Part shown: positions 26,099 to 32,000 of the stretch, piece after piece
Numbering within the stretch: the stretch's first letter is position 1
How the letters are laid out: the number at the start of each line of letters is the position of its first letter
Origin: Promethearchaeota archaeon
Lineage (GTDB): Archaea; Asgardarchaeota; Lokiarchaeia; Sigyniarchaeales; Promethearchaeaceae
Length of the DNA: 32,000 nucleotides
Direction of reading: 5' to 3'
Assembly: GCA_016933055.1 (NCBI GenBank)
Contig: JAFGBS010000033.1
Location: 60,001 to 92,000, forward strand
Position numbers and translations under genes: made by a program
Notes under the pieces: model-generated
What the model saw: the letters and a program-made list of their open reading frames with translations, nothing else
The model's database searches: none
Told to the model about the DNA's origin: nothing

Positions 26099-26710
26099 TT
26101 ATTTCGATAATTTCTCCAAAACTTCATTGATTTTATGAGTGATTTGTCGTTTTGCATTAGTTAAGATACGTTTTTCCTTGTCGAATGTCTCAGCGAGTAA
26201 CCGAATGAAACATAAATTATATAGTAGCGAAATACTCTTATCGCTTGTTTGGGCAAGTAATTGGAAATCTTCCTTCACTTCTTTGAACTCATTCTTTGAT
26301 TGCTTTTCGAAGGTTTTTTTTATGCGATTTAGTCCATAGCGTTTATATGCTTGTTCTCTGGCATTCTCAAGCAGTTTTGTTAGCACCATATAAATTACAA
26401 TAAGATTTTGGTTATGTAAATCCCCCATACCCTCAAAATTCTTGAGAATTTGCTCCCGTACATGAGAGAGATTCATAGAGAACAGATTTTCAAAATATAA
26501 TAAAAAGCGATCAATTTCATCGGGATTTAATAAATCTATTTGATCATAAATGCTTTCAATAAAAGTATCAAGAAGAAATCCTACATCTTTAAATTGCATA
26601 ACATTCTGGGGCATGCGACCCATAATTTTGTCCTTGGAAAGAAATAATTGCTGATACACGGCTTGTTGCAATAAAGTTGTCATGTTAAATTCAGGTACTA
26701 ACTCTGCCAT
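26099..26710 (-). CDS. Hypothetical all-alpha-helical protein
   Basis: 203-aa ORF filling the gap between two genes, with amphipathic helical composition; no family recognised. Confidence 0.75.
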   Translation of the reverse strand: MAELVPEFNMTTLLQQAVYQQLFLSKDKIMGRMPQNVMQFKDVGFLLDTFIESIYDQIDLLNPDEIDRFLLYFENLFSMNLSHVREQILKNFEGMGDLHNQNLIVIYMVLTKLLENAREQAYKRYGLNRIKKTFEKQSKNEFKEVKEDFQLLAQTSDKSISLLYNLCFIRLLAETFDKEKRILTNAKRQITHKINEVLEKLSK

Positions 26711-26841
26711 CTCGCAAATATTCCTCCATGCCCTAAGAGAAAAAATTACTCTATAATATTATAATGTATTATTAACTAAAAATCATATCCTTAATATTTA
26801 GTCCAAATTATCATTAAGAATCTCACACCGATGATTAAACT

Positions 26842-27702
26842 ATGAATACTTTCTTTTCTTTAATCTTCTTATATTCTCTTCAAAAAGATGAGAGATTTAT
26901 TGAAAACCTCTTGAATGTGAAAAAATTTTGCATATCTTGCGGAGAAGAAAAATGCGATGACTGCAGAGATAATTATGGACCATTTTCCGAGAATATTGTC
27001 GGAGTGTATCAATTACCAGAAAGTACAAGTTTGTCATCTCTAATTGATGAACCAGAATCATTTCTACCTGAAGACATTCCGGAAGCAAATGTATTGATTG
27101 TAGTTAATTTACACGGTGATATCCTCACTAGCATTCCAGAATTTGCTTATAATCACGGCATAAAATTGGTTATTGTGCCGATCGAAATTGGAGAGTTAGT
27201 ACCTGAGGGATTGGAACGCCAAGTTAGTGATGAATTAGACAACTATAAAATAGAATATGCATTTCCACGCCCTTTTTGTGCTTTAATGAAAAATTCAAAA
27301 TACCCATTGCTAAATGAGTTCATAGACTATTTTCATTTGGGATATCCAAAGATGGACTTTAAAATAGAGAACAACCGCATTATAGAATGTGAAGTAAAAA
27401 CTACTGCACCATGTGGTTCTACGTTTTATATTTGTAGAGAATTGGTCAGAAATAATACTCTTATAAATAAAAAACTTAAAGAACTGATTTCTAAATCTCA
27501 TCATGCGTATCCCTGTAATGCCAGTATGAAAGAAGATCCCGTTCTCGGAGATACTACGCTTCACATTGCTGGATATATCCATCGTGAAGCAATTTATTCT
27601 GCAATTTTAGAAAAAACCCATGATAGTAAGGCGAGAATAATCTCTGATTTGAAAAAAGAAATCGAAGAACTCAGGAAAAATTCTTTTGGAAATGCAAAAT
27701 AA
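26842..27702 (+). CDS. DUF166 family protein (Cys-rich)
   Basis: CISCGEEKCDDC, NLHGDIL, FPRPFCAL, TAPCGSTFYI, HHAYPCNASM..DP...DT.LH.AGY.H, as seen in archaeal DUF166 proteins. The exact start is uncertain. Confidence 0.75.
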   Translation: MNTFFSLIFLYSLQKDERFIENLLNVKKFCISCGEEKCDDCRDNYGPFSENIVGVYQLPESTSLSSLIDEPESFLPEDIPEANVLIVVNLHGDILTSIPEFAYNHGIKLVIVPIEIGELVPEGLERQVSDELDNYKIEYAFPRPFCALMKNSKYPLLNEFIDYFHLGYPKMDFKIENNRIIECEVKTTAPCGSTFYICRELVRNNTLINKKLKELISKSHHAYPCNASMKEDPVLGDTTLHIAGYIHREAIYSAILEKTHDSKARIISDLKKEIEELRKNSFGNAK

Positions 27703-27895
27703 GTCTTCTATCTATTTAGTCATCCTCCATAACAACAACAATAAAAATTTAATTGCAGTTAAAAGTGATATTCAAGCAATTCGTTAAAAGATGATGGCAT
27801 TTTTTCTTTAAGATCTCTTAAGTTTCAGAATACAATGCTTTTTTTTTGAATTTCGAAAAAAGTCCCGAATAAAAAATGATAAAGAGAAAAAAAAT

Positions 27896-30835
27896 CTATT
27901 CGATATAAATTGCAGGCTTCATAGGTCGTGCTTTTAATCTCTTATTCGAAGGGTCATAAATATCTTTCCGTCCCGCATTCGCAATTATGATTGACGTCCG
28001 GTATTTCTTTTTTAATATATCTATATACCCTTCAATTGCTTTCTGTTGATTATTGGGCGATAACATATCTATGCGGAAACTGTTGGGACTTTTTTGCATA
28101 AATTTGACTTCTTGTGCGACCTCCTTCATAACATTTTGTAATTCGGGAATTTTCTTTGCTGCAGACATAATTTTTTTTATGTCAATAGCTTCATGTTCGA
28201 ATAAACTATGAGTTAATTGATACAAAGTGTTTTTCCATGGTTCATTAATGTAAATATATATTGAATTGGGATCCTGTTTTATCAACGAAACAATTTGATC
28301 AATGTCCTCCGCTAACTGGGATAGGAATTTTGCTTGTTCGGCTAGAATTCTATCATGGTTAGTAACGGTGATGGATGGGATCAATGTATTTGTGCAAAAA
28401 TCTGATTTATTTTCCCGTAATCCCAACTGATCATAAATTTCTTCGCACAGGTGAGGAATTACCGGTGTTAATATCACAACTAAATCTTCAAAGATTGATC
28501 GAATCACTTGGTTACGCTCTTGTATATCTTCCATATCCTTGTCGTATTGGTCTAATTCATTAACAACATTGAAGAATCCTGTTTGAATGAATTCACGAGC
28601 ATTAAAATCTTTGATTGCTTGAATCGCTTTATTCATTAGGAGTTTGGTACTTGAAACCAGTAAATTCGAGCGGAAACTGAAATGTATTTTATCATCTTTC
28701 CTTACATTTGAGATGGATTGAGCATACTCATAGAATCTCCGTAATTTCTTCTTAGAATTTTCTACCTCTTTATCCCTCCAATCAACAATTGAATCGGCTG
28801 CAGCAACAGCTGCTAAATGCAAACGGGTTAAATCCACACTATATTGATCAGGGATATAAGCCATGGGAATTACATTTCCTTTTGATTTTCCCATTTTTGA
28901 TCCTTCACGAATTAATAAGTCATTCAGAGAAAACGCTTGTAACCAGTATTTTTTCGGAAATATTGCTGCATGATGGAATATGGCAAATGACAAATGATTA
29001 GAAATATGTGCAATCGCAGTATGCCTAAAATCATTGGGGTACCAATAAACGAATTCATTTCGGATTTCCTTAATTATTCCTACTGGGATTTTAATTTTCT
29101 CACTTAAGTCCTTCATTCTTCCTTTACGCAGAAATACATAATCAAAAAATTCGGGGATCAATTGCTTATCCGAAATACCATGTTCCCGCATCTTTTTGAT
29201 GATGGTGTAAAAAGCCATATATATTACGGAATCACTTAATGATTCAATAATCCAACCTTTGCCTTTTTCTAGTGGAAATTCTGTCCCTAATCCCCTTCGT
29301 CTGACGCAAGGACGCTTATCTAGCCAATCAAAGACGTTTTCAAAGCTTTGACGAAACTTCGGGGGGATTATCATCATATTGTTTAATTCATCTAACGCTT
29401 TCTTTTTCCATTCGGGATCTCCATAATTAAGGAAATATTGATCCGGAATAACTGCTACTTCAATATATGCTCCACAGCGACATTTTGCTTCAATTGAGGG
29501 TTCATAAAAATGCATTCCTAATTCTTTTTCGATTAACATCTGTTCAGCGCGATTTTTAGCTTCTTCTACTCGTAGTCCTTGAAGTTCCCCTGTGTTATCT
29601 TTCATTATCCCATTATAAAATTCCGTTTTATAGATCGTTTGTGTAGCTCGCTCTAACTTTTCCTCATCTAATTGACTGTTTACTCCCAGTTCTTTACAAA
29701 TTTCTACAGCCGGTAGGTCTCCAAAATCTTTGTTTGATATAATCGAAATCGGTTGTAATGCCTGTAATTCTTCATTATCTAATGTATATTGAACAATCGT
29801 GTTTTCATCTTTCTGTAAATCGACTAAGGCAATATAATCATAGGGCGCATGACCGGGTACAGAGTAAACTACACCCGTAGCATGATCTGTGTCTACAAAA
29901 GTAGCAGGATAGATAGGAACTTTCTTTTTAGTAATTGGAACTTCCACGGATTGTCCTATTAATTCTTCTCCAAAAAAGGATCTTACTTCAGTAAAGGATT
30001 GATTTTGCAATTTTAGTTTTTCTATGGCTTCCTTAGATACAATCCAAGTTTCCGAATTTATTTTTATTTCTACATAATAACGATCGGGATGGATCCAAAC
30101 ATTGGTTATACCAAAAATTGTTTCGGGGCGTAATGTTGCAGCTACTAAATACTTCTTATCCCTCAGTCGATACTTGATACCAACAAGTTCTTGTACTTCT
30201 ACTTTTTGTTCATCACCCGATTGAATGTCATCTTCTCCTACAGCGTTATTATCATTTGGACACCATAAAATCGGATATGAGCCCTTCGTGATATATCCTT
30301 TATCATTTAGTACTTTATATTGCCATTCGATAAATCTATTATATTCGGGATCTCCCGTGGTAAATTGATGAGTGGAATCAATGGAAAAACCCATGCGCTG
30401 AAAATCCTGGATCAGTTTACCCGAGAAATACATTGCAACATTCATAGGTTCTGCAAAGCTTTTAAGAACTTTTTCTATTTCTTGCTCATCTTTCTCGTAG
30501 ATACTAACATAGTCTTTATAAAGATCCCAATATTTCGGTTCCCGTTTTTTCAATCGATCTGCAACAGATAACACGGGAGTACCAGTTATATGAAATGCCA
30601 TAGGGAAAAATACATTATATCCCGATTGTCGTTTATATCGCGCAAAAATATCTCCCAAATTATAGGTACGGCAGTGACCAATATGTAAAGGCCCCGTTGC
30701 ATATGGATACGGAACAGTTATAAACCATTTCGGTTTTTTCGTATCGATCTTGCTTATGAAAATTTCTTCATCTTTCCATTTCTTCTGCCATTTCTTTTCA
30801 ATTTTGCGCAGTTCGGTCAGAAAGTCATCTTTCAT
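27896..30835 (-). CDS. leuS: Leucyl-tRNA synthetase, archaeal/eukaryotic type
   Basis: PYPYATGPLHIGH (HIGH), ATLRPETIFG editing (CP1) domain, GVVYSVPGHAPYD, KMGKSKGN (KMSKS), KARPMKPAIYIE C-terminus. Start is placed at ATG 30835, preceded by AGGAG, not at 30913. Confidence 0.97.
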   Translation of the reverse strand: MKDDFLTELRKIEKKWQKKWKDEEIFISKIDTKKPKWFITVPYPYATGPLHIGHCRTYNLGDIFARYKRQSGYNVFFPMAFHITGTPVLSVADRLKKREPKYWDLYKDYVSIYEKDEQEIEKVLKSFAEPMNVAMYFSGKLIQDFQRMGFSIDSTHQFTTGDPEYNRFIEWQYKVLNDKGYITKGSYPILWCPNDNNAVGEDDIQSGDEQKVEVQELVGIKYRLRDKKYLVAATLRPETIFGITNVWIHPDRYYVEIKINSETWIVSKEAIEKLKLQNQSFTEVRSFFGEELIGQSVEVPITKKKVPIYPATFVDTDHATGVVYSVPGHAPYDYIALVDLQKDENTIVQYTLDNEELQALQPISIISNKDFGDLPAVEICKELGVNSQLDEEKLERATQTIYKTEFYNGIMKDNTGELQGLRVEEAKNRAEQMLIEKELGMHFYEPSIEAKCRCGAYIEVAVIPDQYFLNYGDPEWKKKALDELNNMMIIPPKFRQSFENVFDWLDKRPCVRRRGLGTEFPLEKGKGWIIESLSDSVIYMAFYTIIKKMREHGISDKQLIPEFFDYVFLRKGRMKDLSEKIKIPVGIIKEIRNEFVYWYPNDFRHTAIAHISNHLSFAIFHHAAIFPKKYWLQAFSLNDLLIREGSKMGKSKGNVIPMAYIPDQYSVDLTRLHLAAVAAADSIVDWRDKEVENSKKKLRRFYEYAQSISNVRKDDKIHFSFRSNLLVSSTKLLMNKAIQAIKDFNAREFIQTGFFNVVNELDQYDKDMEDIQERNQVIRSIFEDLVVILTPVIPHLCEEIYDQLGLRENKSDFCTNTLIPSITVTNHDRILAEQAKFLSQLAEDIDQIVSLIKQDPNSIYIYINEPWKNTLYQLTHSLFEHEAIDIKKIMSAAKKIPELQNVMKEVAQEVKFMQKSPNSFRIDMLSPNNQQKAIEGYIDILKKKYRTSIIIANAGRKDIYDPSNKRLKARPMKPAIYIE

Positions 30836-31231
30836 CTTGCTTCTCCTTGGATGTTTGTATATAGTGGGTAAAAAAAACGTTTCTGAATCCTTGCATCCCG
30901 AATACGAACTCAATGCGTATCATATGCACTGAATGGCTGGTGTCTAAAAATGAGAATTCAGAATTTTCAAATGGTGATTGTGACCGAGGTTTTATGTATT
31001 TTTGAAATCTAACAGAGAAGACAATTCCTCACTTATAATCACCTATCATATTTATGGAGATTTTTTAGTATAAATCTTGCGTTTTTTCCATGTCACCTCC
31101 ATGTTACATCCTTAGAATAAGGATATTTGTCCATATCAAAAGGGGGAGGGAGTGGATTGTGATTCAATCCAAATCTACAAATCCCTTAGAATCTCTAAAA
31201 AGAAATTATTCTGCATAATAAGGCGGATATC

Positions 31232-31525
31232 ATGCTAGCAAATGAGATTGTTCTCAATGAGAACTGTCGTGTAATTCCCGTTCGAGAGATGCTACAATCC
31301 TGCTCAAAAACTGTATTAAATAAATTACTACATAGTGTAGATATTTGTACATGTTGTGGAGAACTTGTTCCCAAACATATTAACAGTCCAATACGAACAA
31401 CCGGTAAATGCAAATTATGCAATTCTCTGTTTGAAGAGATGCGAAAAAATAGCTTTGAAGCACTAGAAAATATGGTAGCCATAAGTAGATATCTAAAAAT
31501 TGAAATTAACAAGCAAGAGCGATAG
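31232..31525 (+). CDS. Small hypothetical protein with a putative Cys4 zinc finger
   Basis: 97 aa; CTCCG...(about 17 aa)...CKLC followed by an amphipathic helix; AGGCGG just upstream of the ATG. Confidence 0.6.
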   Translation: MLANEIVLNENCRVIPVREMLQSCSKTVLNKLLHSVDICTCCGELVPKHINSPIRTTGKCKLCNSLFEEMRKNSFEALENMVAISRYLKIEINKQER

Positions 31526-31621
31526 AGCGATATACCAAGATGTAATTTTTTCCTTTTTTTCCAAATTATATTGAATCAGGAAACCCATTAGTATTTTATA
31601 GATAAGTATGAATTCTTGATT

Positions 31622-32000
31622 ATGATAGATCCTTATCACTTTGCCAATCCTATATTAACAACGATTTTTAATCGAAGATCGGTTCGAAATTTTGATGAGA
31701 TGCCTATACCACAAAATATAAAGGATCTTATTATAACTGGTGCTATGCGTGCACCAACTGCAGGCAATATGATGTTATATTCCATTTTAGAAGTGGACTC
31801 TCAAGAGATAAAAACCGCATTGGCAAAGACTTGTGATAATCAACCGTTTATTGCCACCTCCCCTTTTATTCTCCTTTTTCTGGCAGACTATCAAAAGTGG
31901 TATGATTATTTTGAATTTTGTAATGTCAAAGAGATGTGTTCCCGATTGGAACTACAGTATAATGATCCGAAAGAATCCAATTTATTAATGTGTTTTGTGG
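31622..32000 (+). CDS. Nitroreductase/flavin reductase (NfrA/Frp-like), partial; runs off the window end
   Basis: Translated by hand; not in the ORF track. MIDPYHFANPILTTIFNRRSVRNF...AMRAPTAGNMMLYSI...CDNQPFIATSPFILLFLADY. Confidence 0.9.
   Translation, partial: MIDPYHFANPILTTIFNRRSVRNFDEMPIPQNIKDLIITGAMRAPTAGNMMLYSILEVDSQEIKTALAKTCDNQPFIATSPFILLFLADYQKWYDYFEFCNVKEMCSRLELQYNDPKESNLLMCFV

Noticed and set aside
25170-26710. Methyltransferase plus downstream 203-aa ORF as a restriction-modification pair
   Set aside because: The ORF is convergent, all-helical, and has no PD-(D/E)xK, HNH or GIY-YIG motif.
27838-27861. T-run/A-run imperfect palindrome between the convergent DUF166 and leuS genes, as a bidirectional terminator
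   Set aside because: Plausible, but not distinguishable from background homopolymer runs without transcript data.
31087-31107. 10-bp direct repeat TCCATGT(C/T)AC containing a perfect GGAGGTGA Shine-Dalgarno on the minus strand; possible leuS leader peptide
   Set aside because: The associated ORFs are only 8 and 16 codons, the SD spacing is wrong, there is no Leu-codon run, and it lies about 250 bp from leuS.
3567-31512. Numerous 60-116-aa ORFs from the track nested in or antisense to real genes (e.g. 3567, 3978, 5024, 5226, 7337, 8188, 11652, 11733, 13090, 14004, 14076, 15893, 18118, 18815, 18952, 19257, 19903, 20677, 21925, 22532, 23361, 23721, 25127, 26139, 26897, 27310, 28375, 28789, 30320, 30750, 31195)
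   Set aside because: They overlap well-supported CDSs and have no motifs or plausible protein composition.
1-32000. CRISPR arrays, tRNA/rRNA genes, transposases, integrases
   Set aside because: No regularly spaced repeats, GC-rich structured RNA segments or recombinase motifs were seen.

Overview
AT-rich (roughly one-third GC by eye), gene-dense archaeal DNA, most likely from an Asgard archaeon of the Lokiarchaeia type. That assignment is inferred from the archaeal-type LeuRS, a stand-alone ADP-forming acyl-CoA synthetase alpha subunit, DUF166, and a giant sequon-rich membrane protein with a cytoplasmic longin-like tail. I count 24 protein-coding genes, two of them cut by the window ends and absent from the ORF track: a membrane-anchored GH63/MGH1-like glycosidase and a nitroreductase. 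I see no rRNA, tRNA, CRISPR array or mobile element. Most interesting: (1) a locus with a steroid 5-alpha-reductase (SRD5A1/2-like), two 3-beta-HSD-like extended SDRs and a Bat-type HTH regulator with a tandem-repeat candidate operator; (2) a 1935-aa surface receptor-like protein with longin-like and winged-helix cytoplasmic domains, convergent with a stand-alone 7TM protein; (3) a candidate single-domain gelsolin-like protein; (4) a four-gene phosphorelay with no output domain, a D-to-E pseudo-receiver and a deviant kinase. All family assignments come from motif recognition by eye; no searches were run.
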